Numbered from the stretch's first letter, positions 43,092 to 53,683 are shown. The stretch is 64,000 nucleotides of DNA from an uncultured Eubacteriales bacterium (GCA_934378145.1 CAKXXW010000004.1:14658-78657); one strand, 5' to 3'. Numbers and translations: made by a program. Notes: generated by a model not told the origin, from the letters alone.

Positions 43092-44585
43092 TTAATTACC
43101 TCCCAATTTGGTGTTGATTTCCGTTATTGCGGTTTCCATCGGAGTCTTGTGGCTGCCGAAGTCGGATTTCCAGGTGTTCTTGCCGGAGATGATGACCTCT
43201 GTGAAGTGCTTTGAGGCGTAGTAGCTGTCGATATTGAATATCCTTCCTGCTTCAAAGACTATACTCGATCTGATTATATCGAACATTTCTCTCGCCATCG
43301 GGTCGGTGGTGTACCTTGCCTTCATAACGACATCGAAGAGAGGCGTGGTGACATTTCTGTGCGATTCGGAAGCAAGGCACTCAAGGGTCGCTGCCGACTC
43401 ATTCTGCTTATCCTCGGATATGTACGAGGGGATGCAGTACATGGTGAAGGGATGTCCGACATTGGTGTAGAAGTTCTGGTTCTTCGTGAGCTTCGGGTTC
43501 GGGACTATGCCGTAGTCGAAGTCGATGTTCTTCGCCGAAGCGGAGCTGTCCTTACCGTAGATGATGAACACGCGGTCGGTGGTGAAGAGCGCCTGCTTGT
43601 TGAAGAACAGGTCACGGATGCTCGTGCTGTTCTTGTACGATACATCGTCGGACTGGATGAAGGATATCATGCGGTCGATGAAGTCGGAGATCTTTACGCT
43701 GCCGTACTCCTTGCCGAGCGAGAGAGTGCCGTCATTGTTGTCAACGGAGAAGATGCCCGCGGCGGTCTGATAAGCGTCGATGTTTGTATTGTAAAGCACG
43801 CAGCCGTACATTTCGGTCGCGCCCGATTCGTGCTTGCCTTCGCAGATCTCGAAGAATTTGTCGAATGTCCATTCGTTTTTCTTTACGAGCTGCATCGGAT
43901 CCTCTACATCGGTGTAGCTCTTGATGAGGTCCATGTTGTAGAAGGTCGCTTCCATCATCCAGAGAAGGTTCGTGGAGATGTCGCCCGAGCAGAAGTAGAG
44001 GTTATTGCCGACGGTAACCTGGCTTACGAGGGAGTCGGGCCACCACGGCTTGCTGAAATCGAGGTACTCAAGCTCGTTGAGCTTTGCATTGAGACCTCTG
44101 AGCGCAAGTGTGGGAGCTACGCGGCTGTAGCAGGCTACGATGTCGTATTCCTTGGTGCCGTCCCTGTCCGCTTCGACTCTTTCGACATATGCCGCCATCC
44201 TCGTAGAGTTGCTGTCGCCCGGCTGCTCGACGAAGTTGAAGTCAACGCCGAGTCTCTCGGAAAGGGCATCCGCACGGGCAATGAGAGCGTCATTGATCGT
44301 GTCGCCGTTGGTCTGCTGTTCCTTCGGGAAGAACTCCATGTTGGTGTGTTCTTTCCAATAGAGCATCGTCATTGTCCTGTTGATCTTGAGATCGGTGGGA
44401 ATGCCGTCCGGTTCGAAGGCGTCTGTGACGCTGTCGGTCGGTTTGTCGGTTACCTTACCGTCATCGGCTTTGGTGCCGCTGTCCGTTTTCGAATCCTCGC
44501 CGTTGTTGCCGGTCGTTGTACACGCAACGAGCGCCGGAATGAGCATAGCGAGGCAGAGAACGAGTGCGATTATACGCAGTTTCAT
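43092..44585 (-). CDS. ABC-type extracellular solute-binding lipoprotein (paralogue of 37928-39415)
   Basis: Lipobox LVAC, plus YDIVACYS, PWWP and GDISTNLLWMM. The SD of the downstream gene lies in its last codons. Confidence 0.75.
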   Translation of the reverse strand: MKLRIIALVLCLAMLIPALVACTTTGNNGEDSKTDSGTKADDGKVTDKPTDSVTDAFEPDGIPTDLKINRTMTMLYWKEHTNMEFFPKEQQTNGDTINDALIARADALSERLGVDFNFVEQPGDSNSTRMAAYVERVEADRDGTKEYDIVACYSRVAPTLALRGLNAKLNELEYLDFSKPWWPDSLVSQVTVGNNLYFCSGDISTNLLWMMEATFYNMDLIKSYTDVEDPMQLVKKNEWTFDKFFEICEGKHESGATEMYGCVLYNTNIDAYQTAAGIFSVDNNDGTLSLGKEYGSVKISDFIDRMISFIQSDDVSYKNSTSIRDLFFNKQALFTTDRVFIIYGKDSSASAKNIDFDYGIVPNPKLTKNQNFYTNVGHPFTMYCIPSYISEDKQNESAATLECLASESHRNVTTPLFDVVMKARYTTDPMAREMFDIIRSSIVFEAGRIFNIDSYYASKHFTEVIISGKNTWKSDFGSHKTPMETAITEINTKLGGN

Positions 44586-44698
44586 TATTTTACCTCCGTA
44601 AAAATATTTTACTTCGATATATTATATCAAAACAGGCGGCAAAAGTCAAGAGGGGTGTATATTTTTGTTTGTTATGACAAAAAAGAAATATCGGACGG

Positions 44699-44727
44699 TT
44701 GACAAAAACGCGCTGGTATGGTACACT
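44699..44727 (+). promoter_or_regulatory. sigma-A-type promoter (extended -10)
   Basis: TTGACA (44699-44704), 17 nt, TGgTACACT (44722-44727). Confidence 0.5.
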
Positions 44728-44758
44728 TTTCCGAAAGAAATATGCGGAGGTAACCGAA

Positions 44759-45607
44759 ATGTTTATTGATGCGATAATTGATGAATTCGGCAGGAGAAAT
44801 ATACGCCTTTACTCGATAACCGAGATAAAGGACGGATGCGCCGATGTGAGGTACATAACGCCGGCATCGGCGTGCCACAACAGCTATTCGGTGGCAAAGG
44901 CATTCACCGTAACGGCGCTCGGGATGCTCTTTGATGAGGGAAAGCTCTCGCCCGAGGAGAGGGTCTTCGACATTCTGCGCGATTCCTTTCCGGAGGATCA
45001 CGACAAAAAATGGGAGCAGGTGACGCTTCACGACACCATGCTCCACAAAATGGGGATAGACAAGGGCTTCCTTGATATAGACACCGAGGATATAAGGACA
45101 TACGGGACGCAGGACTTCCTGCGCTACGCCTTCGGCAAGCCCCTGCCGCTTCCGGTCGGCGAAAAATATGTTTACAGCGACGCGGCATACTATATCCTGT
45201 CGCGCGTCGTGGCGGTGAAGGCGGGATGTGATATGCTTGCCTATATGCGCCCGAGGCTTTTTGTGCCGCTTGAGTTTCAGGAGGTCGCGTGGAGCGTCTG
45301 TCCCTTCGGATATTCCATCGGGGCGACGGGGCTTTACATAAAGACCTGCGACATGGCAAAGCTCGGTCAGGTCTACCTTGACGGCGGTATCTATAACGGA
45401 AAGCGCATAATATCACAGGAATGGCGCGACCTTGTATTCAAAAACGGCTACGAGCTTAAAAGAAGGTCGGCGCGTGAGGCGTACACGAAGGGCGGTATGT
45501 ACGGACAGAGGCTCTATGTCTCGGTCGAAGACAACTGTGTCATAGCATGGCATGCCTTCGACAAGACCGGAGGGACAAAGGACATCATGGAGAGCCTCGG
45601 GCTCTGA
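44759..45607 (+). CDS. serine hydrolase of the beta-lactamase / PBP-like family
   Basis: GGAGG precedes the ATG at 44759. The SxxK motif is YSVAKAF, with YSD later. The track's upstream start at 44699 is the promoter -35 element. Confidence 0.7.
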   Translation: MFIDAIIDEFGRRNIRLYSITEIKDGCADVRYITPASACHNSYSVAKAFTVTALGMLFDEGKLSPEERVFDILRDSFPEDHDKKWEQVTLHDTMLHKMGIDKGFLDIDTEDIRTYGTQDFLRYAFGKPLPLPVGEKYVYSDAAYYILSRVVAVKAGCDMLAYMRPRLFVPLEFQEVAWSVCPFGYSIGATGLYIKTCDMAKLGQVYLDGGIYNGKRIISQEWRDLVFKNGYELKRRSAREAYTKGGMYGQRLYVSVEDNCVIAWHAFDKTGGTKDIMESLGL

Positions 45608-45610
45608 ACT

Positions 45611-47164
45611 TCAGCTGTCTTTGTCCTTTCTGAACACCCCGCGGAGCCATTCGCGGTCCTCGCGGTCAAGGGTCCCCGTGATCGCGAGCATGATAAGGTA
45701 GAGAAGTATCGCCGTGAGGATATGGAGCGTCAGAGAGAGCCACGGTATGCTTATCTGCGGCAGGAAACGGAAGGCGAGGCTCGTGAAGACGGTCGAACCT
45801 ACGGTACACAGCAGTGGCTTGAGTATCCACGGGATGAGCCTCGGCTTCATTCCCGACGAGCACAGGAGCCTTGTCGCGCTGAGACCGAAATTCAGCACCT
45901 CCATGGCGAAAACTATGAAGATGTAGCCGTTTATGCCGAAGCGGGGGATGAGGAGCTTCACAAGTACCACGGAGATTGCCGCGTCGATGATGTTGATGTT
46001 CATTGAGTAGAACTGGTGTCCGAGACCTTTCAGCATGGCATCGGTCGTGCTGTCAAGGTACATGACGGGGATCAGCGGGGCGAGCAGGCGGATATATTCG
46101 GCGGCTTCCTCACTGTTGTAGAAGAGCATACCTATCTCGCCCGAAAAGCAGAGAAGTATCCCCGAAACTCCTATCGAAAATATCAGAGAAAACTGCCATA
46201 CGCGTCCGGCGATATACCGGACGCGGTTTTTATGTCCGCGTGCGAGGCAGTCGGAAAGCTCGGGGATCGTCATTCCGGCAAAGGAGGCGATGAGCGCCGC
46301 AGGGAAAAGTATGACCGGAAACGCCATGCTCTGGAATGTGCCGTAGGCGGCGAGGGAGTGTTCGCGTGAGGCTCCGCTCTTTCTCAGCCCGTCGGGGATG
46401 AGGATATGCTCGACCGTCAGCAGTCCCGAGCGCGCATAGGTCGAAAAAGCGACCGGCAGCGCGATGCCGAGCAGCCTTGCCGTGACCGCTCCTCCGTTTT
46501 CCGTTCTGCCCGAGCCTTTCAGGTATTTTTTCCTGTCGCGTATGTAGAGTATCATCATAAGGAAAAACGAGAAGATCTCCGACACCGTACTGCCGAGGAT
46601 TAGGGCTATGCAGGCGTTTTCGATGCCTTCCGGAAGCACCGACATGAGCAGAAGGGTCGTGACGGTTATCTTTATCGCCTGTTCGGCGACCTGCGATGCG
46701 GCGTTCTTCGCCACGCGGCGTACCGCCGTGAAGTAGCCGTTCAGCGCCGAGCAGACGGCTATCAGCGGCAAGGATATTGCCATAAGGCGCAAAGGCACGA
46801 GCGTCCTCTGATCGTCGAGCCAGTGCGAGCTTATCACGGGGGCGAGGAAGAAGAGCAGTGATGCCGCCGATATGCCGAAGAAGACCGAATAGGCAAAGCA
46901 TCTCTGCATCGAGGCTATGGCAAGGCTGTCGTCGTCGTGTCCGAGCGCCTCGGCGACCATACGCGTCGTCGCGAGCGATATTCCCGAGGTCGCAAGGGTC
47001 AGCGCGAATCCGTAGACGCTCGATATGAGCGAGAAGAGTCCGAGCGCCTCGGCTCCGACCTTATTCGATACGAAAACATTGAAAGCCAGCGCCACGCCCC
47101 TCATAAAGAGCGTCGTAAGTGTAAGAAGTGCCGCATTGCAAAGATACTGTTTGAGCCTTTTCAT
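45611..47164 (-). CDS. spoVB: stage V sporulation protein B / MOP-superfamily flippase
   Basis: A polytopic protein of 517 aa with an N-terminus ...LTLTTLFMRGVALAFNVFVSNKVGAEALGLFSLISSVYGFA typical of SpoVB/MurJ-like flippases. Confidence 0.75.
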   Translation of the reverse strand: MKRLKQYLCNAALLTLTTLFMRGVALAFNVFVSNKVGAEALGLFSLISSVYGFALTLATSGISLATTRMVAEALGHDDDSLAIASMQRCFAYSVFFGISAASLLFFLAPVISSHWLDDQRTLVPLRLMAISLPLIAVCSALNGYFTAVRRVAKNAASQVAEQAIKITVTTLLLMSVLPEGIENACIALILGSTVSEIFSFFLMMILYIRDRKKYLKGSGRTENGGAVTARLLGIALPVAFSTYARSGLLTVEHILIPDGLRKSGASREHSLAAYGTFQSMAFPVILFPAALIASFAGMTIPELSDCLARGHKNRVRYIAGRVWQFSLIFSIGVSGILLCFSGEIGMLFYNSEEAAEYIRLLAPLIPVMYLDSTTDAMLKGLGHQFYSMNINIIDAAISVVLVKLLIPRFGINGYIFIVFAMEVLNFGLSATRLLCSSGMKPRLIPWILKPLLCTVGSTVFTSLAFRFLPQISIPWLSLTLHILTAILLYLIMLAITGTLDREDREWLRGVFRKDKDS

Positions 47165-47299
47165 CTTTTTTCTCCTTCCGTTTGTCCTGATATATAAAGA
47201 TATGACGCTTCCGGACAGGTTAGAATTTTTATTTCGGGGCGTTATGCTTATTTACAATCGCGGAATAATATGATATAATAAAATCAAGGAGGGATCGGA

Positions 47300-47929
47300 A
47301 TGAAAAGAAATATTGCAGTGACCATCGCAAGACAGTACGGAAGCGGAGGCAGAGAGATCGGAAACCGCGTCGCCGATATACTCGGGGTCAAGGTATATGA
47401 CCGCGAGCTTATCACGATGGCGGCGAGCAAGAGCGGTCTGCCCGCCGATTCGCTTGACCATGTTGACGAGAAGGCGACGAACAGCCTTCTTTACACCCTT
47501 GCCATGGGGTCGTCCCTTTTCGGCAGTTCGGCGGCGGGCTTCAATATGCCGGTCAACGACAAGCTCTTTATCGTCCAATCCGAGATAATCGGAAATATCG
47601 CGGACAGCGAGAGCTGTGTTATCGTCGGGCGCTGCGGGGACTATGTGCTTCGCGATCATCCGGGTACTCTCAGCGTGTTCGTCTACGCTCCGTCCGAGGA
47701 GAGGATAAAACGCATCATGGAGCGCCACTCGGTCGGGTATGATGAGGCGAAGGAGCTTATGAACAAGACCGACAGGCGCAGAATAAACTATTACAACTTC
47801 TATACCGGCAGAAAATGGGGCAAATTCGATCACTACGATCTTATGATAAACAGCCACCTGCTCGGCATCGAAGGCTCGGCGCAGATAATCGCCGATATGG
47901 CTGAAAGGTTCCGGAACAGTGAAGATTAA
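47300..47929 (+). CDS. cytidylate-kinase-like family protein
   Basis: IAVTIARQYGSGGREIG (degenerate P-loop typical of this family), VIVGRCG, and RRRINYYNFYTG. Confidence 0.75.
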   Translation: MKRNIAVTIARQYGSGGREIGNRVADILGVKVYDRELITMAASKSGLPADSLDHVDEKATNSLLYTLAMGSSLFGSSAAGFNMPVNDKLFIVQSEIIGNIADSESCVIVGRCGDYVLRDHPGTLSVFVYAPSEERIKRIMERHSVGYDEAKELMNKTDRRRINYYNFYTGRKWGKFDHYDLMINSHLLGIEGSAQIIADMAERFRNSED

Positions 47930-49052
47930 GGGCAGGCAGAAGGTCCTCAACGGCGTTGACAGGCTTGACACAGCCTCGTCCCTTCTCCGCGGGAAGCGGA
48001 TTGGGCTTCTCACGAACGCTTCGGGAGTAGACAGGAATGCCGTGCCGACAGTCGACCTTATCGCGGATAAATATGACCTTACGGTGCTTTTTGCCCCCGA
48101 ACACGGGATCAGGACGAATCTTCAGGACGGACGCTGGGGCGACGACGCGAAGGATCCCGAGACGGGCGCAAAGCTCGTTACCGTCCGCCACGGGGAGAGC
48201 GAAGACCTCAAGGCGGCGCTTGAAGAAATTGATGTCCTTGTCTACGACATTCAGGATGTCGGGGCAAGGTTCTATACCTATATCTACTGCCTTGCCGACC
48301 TCATGAGGCTTTGCGCCGGGGCGGGCAGGGAGGTGGTCGTTCTCGACCGTATAAACCCCATCGGGGGCATCGGGATCGAGGGCGCTCTGCTTGAGGAAAA
48401 ATATTTTTCGGGCATCGGGGAATTTCCGATACCGACGCGCTACGGACTGACCGTCGGCGAGCTTGCGAAGTTCATAAACAGGGAATACGGCATAAACTGC
48501 CGGCTGAATGTTGTACCCTGCGCCGGATGGGACAGAAGGCTTTTTGCCGATGACACCGACCTTCTGTGGGTCAATCCGTCGCCGAACATAACCTCGGTCA
48601 ACTGCGCGATAAACTATGTCGGGACCTGTATATTCGAGGCCACGAACATCTCGGAGGGAAGGGGAACGACACGGCCCTTCGACCTTGTCGGTGCGCCCTT
48701 TGTCGATTCGGCGCGCCTGGCTCAGAGGATGACGGCACTGAAGCTCGACGGAGTCGTCTTCCGCCGCGCCTTCTTTACGCCGCAGTTCGGCAAATACGCG
48801 GGCGAGACATGCGAGGGGGTCGAGCTTCATATACGCGACCGTGCGTCGTATTCGCCCTTTGAGACGATGCTTTACCTTTACCGCGAGCTGTCGTACTACC
48901 GTGAATTCGAGGCGAAGGAGCAGAGCGTCTGCCTGCGCTTCGGGAACGATTCCCTCTGCGGCGAATATGTCGATCCGGAGGCGATAATGAAGGCATGCGC
49001 GGCGCCTCTCAGAGCATATATGAAGAAGGCGTCTGCCTACCTCATATACTGA
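47919..49052 (+). CDS. DUF1343-family protein (exo-beta-N-acetylmuramidase NamZ-like)
   Basis: GVDRL...[23 protein letters not shown], and [14 protein letters not shown]. The GTG start overlaps the upstream stop. Confidence 0.75.
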   Translation: MKIKGRQKVLNGVDRLDTASSLLRGKRIGLLTNASGVDRNAVPTVDLIADKYDLTVLFAPEHGIRTNLQDGRWGDDAKDPETGAKLVTVRHGESEDLKAALEEIDVLVYDIQDVGARFYTYIYCLADLMRLCAGAGREVVVLDRINPIGGIGIEGALLEEKYFSGIGEFPIPTRYGLTVGELAKFINREYGINCRLNVVPCAGWDRRLFADDTDLLWVNPSPNITSVNCAINYVGTCIFEATNISEGRGTTRPFDLVGAPFVDSARLAQRMTALKLDGVVFRRAFFTPQFGKYAGETCEGVELHIRDRASYSPFETMLYLYRELSYYREFEAKEQSVCLRFGNDSLCGEYVDPEAIMKACAAPLRAYMKKASAYLIY

Positions 49053-49087
49053 AAAATAAAAAATTTCCGCAAAGTGAAAAAAGCCCC

Positions 49088-49116
49088 TTGACACAGAGGG
49101 CTGTATGCATTATCAT
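49088..49116 (+). promoter_or_regulatory. sigma-A-type promoter of the rubredoxin gene
   Basis: TTGACA (49088-49093), 17 nt, TATCAT (49111-49116). Confidence 0.45.
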
Positions 49117-49147
49117 AATAAGGCATTTTTTCGGGAAGGGAGGGAAA

Positions 49148-49342
49148 ATGATGAAGCTGTATGTCTGCGAGCTGTGCGGATACGAATACAATCCCAAGGA
49201 AGGCGACCCGGATAACGGGATCGAGCCGGGGACCGAATTCGAGGATCTGCCCGCCGACTGGGTCTGCCCGCTTTGCGGCGCGGGGAAAGAGGACTTCGAG
49301 ACCGAAGAAGTCGAAGATAATGAATCTATACTTGACGAGTGA
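49148..49342 (+). CDS. rubredoxin with an acidic C-terminal tail
   Basis: [16 protein letters not shown]...[18 protein letters not shown] has the two CxxCG knuckles. GGGAGGG lies upstream. Confidence 0.9.
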   Translation: MMKLYVCELCGYEYNPKEGDPDNGIEPGTEFEDLPADWVCPLCGAGKEDFETEEVEDNESILDE

Positions 49343-49430
49343 AACAACACTGTCGGAAAAAATAAAGGAAACGGGACTGCAATAAGCAGCCCCGATCTTT
49401 TGTTTAAATATAAAAAGTTACATTTTTCTC

Positions 49431-49460
49431 CGGCACCCTCGGGTGCCGCCTTTTGTTTTT
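49431..49460 (+). terminator. rho-independent terminator
   Basis: CGGCACCC-tc-GGGTGCCG followed by a T-rich run. Confidence 0.65.
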
Positions 49461-49463
49461 TAT

Positions 49464-50189
49464 TTATTTTACTATCGTCAGAAGATTTTCTCTTCCGCGC
49501 TTGCCGGAGAGGGTGACGATGCCCGCCTCGCGGAGGATCGCAACGCCCGCGGCGGCGGAACGGTAGGTGACCTTCGACGCCTTTGCGTACTCCTTTATCG
49601 TGAAGGGCGACTCAAGCTCCTCCGGTAGGAAGACCCTGTAATCCTCGGGGCGGGTGAGGTCTGTCTCGCTTTCGAGACGGAGCGGGAAGCGCTCGTTGCG
49701 GCTCGAGCCGCGCTTGCCGCCGTTTCCCCAGCCGTCAAGGTTACGATGCTCCTCCATATCTATGAGCATTATCTTCACCGAAAAGCCTTCCTCGCGGATG
49801 AATTTTTTCAGCTTTGCAAGCTCGTAGAGCGAATCGTACAGCCTTCCGGTCTTCGGACTTCGGCGGCGTCGGCTCACCTCTCCCGTCGAGGGATCGACCC
49901 ACGCGAGCCATTTGCGGTACGGAAGGGGGAACACTACCCTGACATTCGCCCTTTCGAGGAGGGGCGGGAGCTTTTTTGCGAGGCGTTCGAGGCTCCGCGT
50001 CTGTATCTCTGTGATGCCGTCCTCGTTGTAAACATCGGCGACCTTGCCGCCGACGCTTACCTCGTGAAAATACGGGTCGGGTTCGATGTAGTATTTAAGC
50101 ACCGCATGGAGCGTTTTTTCACCGAGAGTGCCGATGCCCCCGTCGTGCGAGGCGGCGGTTATAGCCTCTCTGAAGCGTTCGTCGTTCAC
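49464..50189 (-). CDS. conserved hypothetical protein (possible PD-(D/E)xK-like N-domain plus a winged-helix C-terminus)
   Basis: The GTG start forms a GTGA overlap with the upstream stop. GEKTLHAVLKYY...VADV...ITEIQT loosely fits a restriction-endonuclease-like pattern. This assignment is weak. Confidence 0.5.
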   Translation of the reverse strand: MNDERFREAITAASHDGGIGTLGEKTLHAVLKYYIEPDPYFHEVSVGGKVADVYNEDGITEIQTRSLERLAKKLPPLLERANVRVVFPLPYRKWLAWVDPSTGEVSRRRRSPKTGRLYDSLYELAKLKKFIREEGFSVKIMLIDMEEHRNLDGWGNGGKRGSSRNERFPLRLESETDLTRPEDYRVFLPEELESPFTIKEYAKASKVTYRSAAAGVAILREAGIVTLSGKRGRENLLTIVK

Positions 50190-51841
50190 TTTCCGAGGTT
50201 TTCTTTTATCAGCAGGTTTATCTTTTCGCGCACGGCGAGGACTTCATAAGAGCTTTTCGCGCACCTGTCGAAGGCTATCTCTCCGGAGATCTCCTCGATG
50301 GCTCTCACCGTTGCGTCCTTGCCGATGAGCGAGGCACAGAGCGAGAACGCCGAAAGATCCTCGAGCGCCTCATGGAAGACGACGAGCCTCAGCGATTCGT
50401 AGGCTCCGTCGGGGGCGGGATAGACCGAGAAGGCGTCGCCCGAGGGCGCGAAGTAGTTGCCCGTCGTGTCAAGGTAGGGGTTTACCGGCGAAAGCGAGAA
50501 CTGCGAGTTATAGAAATTGTAGCCCCACTGAAGGAAGCCGGCGATGTCATATCTGAAAAACTGTGCGCCTATGCAGCGGGTGCGGTAGGACGGCATGGCG
50601 AAGAATCGATTGCTGACTCCGACCGACTGACTGCAACAGTAGTATGTCCAGAGGTCCTTGATGTTCGCGTCAAGGAAGGGCTTTATGTGGTTGTTTGCGG
50701 GGATGGGGGTCCTTACAAGTCCCGATTCGTAGAATTCGATGTTCGAGAGGGCGTCCGCCACCGTGCAGTCGGCAAGGATGTCGGCGACGACCGCACGCGA
50801 GCGCTTGTATTGGTCGAGGACTTTGATATTCGGTTCGTCGGAGATATGGAAGATGCAGCGGTCAAGGTCTCCGCGCGCCTTCATATACTCTTTGAATTCG
50901 GTGAGGAAGGTGCGCAGGAAATGGGAATATTCGATGCCGTCCGCCTCGGTCTCCCAGCCGAAGATGCGGCGGTATTCTCCGCCTACGGTCGCCATTACCT
51001 TCGGCGCGTGCGCGGCTCCCCATTGGGTGAAGAGGTGCGAGATCTCAAGGTATTTTACGCCGCACCTGTTGCACATTTTTATCCACTTCGCGAGATTTCC
51101 GAAGTCGAAGGTGTAGTTCCCGAGACCGTCGGACTCCACTCCGACGAGCTGAACGGTCAGCCTCTCGTGTCCCGGCGCGGTGTCGAGCGGGGGAGTGAAG
51201 ACCGGGGTGAGGATCGTGTTTATCCCGTTTCTAACGGCGGTCTTTATATAGTTTTCGGTGAGGCTCCACCATCTGCGCGAAAATACCTCGCAGCAGTGAT
51301 ACTGCGCCACGCAGTCGCCGTGGAACCACTGTGTGACTTTTATCTTCTGCTCCGGCAGGCTCGCGTCGATGATCTCAAGGTCGAGCTTTTCCTCGGCACG
51401 CACCTCTCCCGCGTCGTCGGTGAGGGTGAATGTCAGCGTGAAATTTCCGTATGCCGATCCGTCCGGCTCAAAGGTGAAGAAGTAAGCCCTTGCCTCGTCG
51501 CGGACGACGGGGACCCTGCCTCCGTTCCCGAGCGGGAGGAGCAGGTCGGGATAAAGGCCCTTTTCGGTGCGGAGATAATTGTCGTCGCATCTGCCGGGAT
51601 AGCAGGGCAGAAGCGAGGGAAGGCACTCTACGGTGCGCACCGAAAAGCTGCACGGCGCACCCGTGACCCCGGGCGTCAGGAATATACGGTGCGGCGCGTC
51701 ATCTCCGTAAGCTCTCGCAAGGAGCTGGACAGAGAAACGCTCATTTTTCAGCACCGACAGACGGGTGAGCGCGGGAAAATCCGCGACGGTCTGGTCGGGG
51801 AAGCATTTTTCGAGCGACGATACGAGTCTTGTTTCTGTCAT
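50186..51841 (-). CDS. DUF4091-domain protein (GH123-like glycoside hydrolase candidate)
   Basis: The N-terminus ...VSSLEKCFPDQ... and the overall size fit DUF4091 proteins as I remember them. Confidence 0.55.
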   Translation of the reverse strand: MTETRLVSSLEKCFPDQTVADFPALTRLSVLKNERFSVQLLARAYGDDAPHRIFLTPGVTGAPCSFSVRTVECLPSLLPCYPGRCDDNYLRTEKGLYPDLLLPLGNGGRVPVVRDEARAYFFTFEPDGSAYGNFTLTFTLTDDAGEVRAEEKLDLEIIDASLPEQKIKVTQWFHGDCVAQYHCCEVFSRRWWSLTENYIKTAVRNGINTILTPVFTPPLDTAPGHERLTVQLVGVESDGLGNYTFDFGNLAKWIKMCNRCGVKYLEISHLFTQWGAAHAPKVMATVGGEYRRIFGWETEADGIEYSHFLRTFLTEFKEYMKARGDLDRCIFHISDEPNIKVLDQYKRSRAVVADILADCTVADALSNIEFYESGLVRTPIPANNHIKPFLDANIKDLWTYYCCSQSVGVSNRFFAMPSYRTRCIGAQFFRYDIAGFLQWGYNFYNSQFSLSPVNPYLDTTGNYFAPSGDAFSVYPAPDGAYESLRLVVFHEALEDLSAFSLCASLIGKDATVRAIEEISGEIAFDRCAKSSYEVLAVREKINLLIKENLGK

Positions 51842-51979
51842 TTTCTGTATCCTCCCGGATAAATTTTCGGTATTTACCGATAAATTCTATCATATCGGAG
51901 CGGATATTTCAATATTATTGTTGAAAAAAACGCGGCGGTGTGTTATAATTAACATAATTAAGAGTTTACGGAGTTTTTG

Positions 51980-53125
51980 ATGAAAGTACAGCTTGTTGCG
52001 ACCTGTATGTTCGGGCTTGAGCGCTTCCTCGGCGAGGAGATCGACGCGCTCGGCTGCCGCAGGCTTGAGACCATTGACGGCAGAGTGACCTTCGAGGGCG
52101 ATGCCGCCGACGCTGCGCGGGCGAATGTAAACCTTCGGTGCGCCGAACGGGTGCTGCTTAAGGTCGGGTCCTTTGAGGCGAGGACCTTCACCGAGCTTTT
52201 CGACGCGACGAAGGCGCTCCCCTGGGAGGATTACATAGGAAAGAACGATGCCTTTCCGGTGCGCGGACATTCGGTGAAGAGTACGCTTTTCTCGGTATCC
52301 GACTGCCAGAGCATAATGAAAAAGGCTGTCGTTGACAGACTGTCGTCAAAGTACGGCATAAAATGGTTTGAGGAGACCGGAATAACCTATCAGATAGAGT
52401 TTTTCATAATCCGCGACCTTGTGACCGTGATGCTCGATCTCTCGGGCGTGGGACTTCATAAGCGCGGCTACCGTCCCGCGGCGGGCGCGGCACCTCTTCG
52501 TGAGACGCTTGCGGCGGCACTCGTGCTGAATTCGAGGCCGAGGGAGAATGTCCTTCTCTGGGATCCCTTCTGCGGCTCGGGAACGATACCGACAGAGGCT
52601 TCTATGATAATGACGCACCGTGCGCCGGGGATGAACCGGAGCTTTTCGGGAGAGGCGTATGCCTTCCTGCCGCACGGCATATGGGATGCGGCAAGGGAAG
52701 AGGCGCGCGACGCCGTCGACGACAGCACAGCCTTTGAGGCTTACGGAAGCGATACCGACGCCCGGGTGCTTGACTTTGCCCGTGAGAACGCAAGGCGAGC
52801 CGGCGTTGAGTCAAGGATAAAATTCTTTGAAGCCGACGCGCGCAAGATAAAAAAGCCCGCCGACAGGCGCGGGACTGTCATCTGCAATCCGCCCTACGGT
52901 GAGAGGATGATGACCTCGGCGGAGGTCGAGAGCCTTTACCGCGATGTCGGGAGATGCTTCTCGGCGCTCTCTCCGTGGCAGATATACATCCTGTCATCCT
53001 ATCCGTCCTTTGAGCGCTTCTACGGCGCTAAAGCCGACAAGGTGAGAAAGTTATATAACGGTATGATACCGTGTAATTTATATCAGTACTTCAAAAATCC
53101 CGAAAAAACGGGGAAGAAGTTCTGA
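51980..53125 (+). CDS. THUMP-domain class I SAM-dependent RNA methyltransferase (RlmL N-terminal / YpsC-like)
   Basis: A THUMP-like N-domain, DPFCGSGT (SAM motif I), and NPPYGERM (motif IV). Confidence 0.85.
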   Translation: MKVQLVATCMFGLERFLGEEIDALGCRRLETIDGRVTFEGDAADAARANVNLRCAERVLLKVGSFEARTFTELFDATKALPWEDYIGKNDAFPVRGHSVKSTLFSVSDCQSIMKKAVVDRLSSKYGIKWFEETGITYQIEFFIIRDLVTVMLDLSGVGLHKRGYRPAAGAAPLRETLAAALVLNSRPRENVLLWDPFCGSGTIPTEASMIMTHRAPGMNRSFSGEAYAFLPHGIWDAAREEARDAVDDSTAFEAYGSDTDARVLDFARENARRAGVESRIKFFEADARKIKKPADRRGTVICNPPYGERMMTSAEVESLYRDVGRCFSALSPWQIYILSSYPSFERFYGAKADKVRKLYNGMIPCNLYQYFKNPEKTGKKF

Positions 53126-53148
53126 AAGACTGAAAAGGAGGAATCATT

Positions 53149-53646
53149 ATGTTTTGCAGACAATGCGGGAAGGAGCTTCCCGACGGCGTGAAATTCTGCC
53201 CCGCCTGCGGTGCGGAGGTAAATCCCGCGCAGGAGGCACCGAAGCCGGAACCCATGCAGCCGGTGGATGAAGCACCGAATACCTCGGCGAATGCTGAAAA
53301 TACCGGGAAGTGGAATGTTCTCGCGATCGTGAGTTTTTCGATTGCGGTTGCATGTGTTCTCGGTTATCTGGCGGGAGGCTTTTTCCTTCACATTGTAACT
53401 CTCATACTTTCGATCGTATCACTTACTCAGTTCAGGCACGATCCGACTATGAAGGGCAAGGGCTTCGCTGTCGCGGGAACCGTTATCTCATCGGTGTCGG
53501 TCGGGCTGTCTGTTATCGGAACGATAGTTTATCTGATAATGACTATGCTCGGTATCGTTGCAACCGGTGTTATCGGCGGTATATTCAACGAGATCTTCAA
53601 AGAAATATTCTCGTCGTCCGTACTGCTCCCGACCCTGTTTTTCTGA
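53149..53646 (+). CDS. zinc-ribbon plus DUF4190-like membrane protein
   Basis: MFCRQCGKELPDGVKFCPACGAEV, followed by a proline-rich linker and TM helices. Confidence 0.7.
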   Translation: MFCRQCGKELPDGVKFCPACGAEVNPAQEAPKPEPMQPVDEAPNTSANAENTGKWNVLAIVSFSIAVACVLGYLAGGFFLHIVTLILSIVSLTQFRHDPTMKGKGFAVAGTVISSVSVGLSVIGTIVYLIMTMLGIVATGVIGGIFNEIFKEIFSSSVLLPTLFF

Positions 53647-53683
53647 CATAAGTCACACATATAATTTTACGGAGGTATAACCA

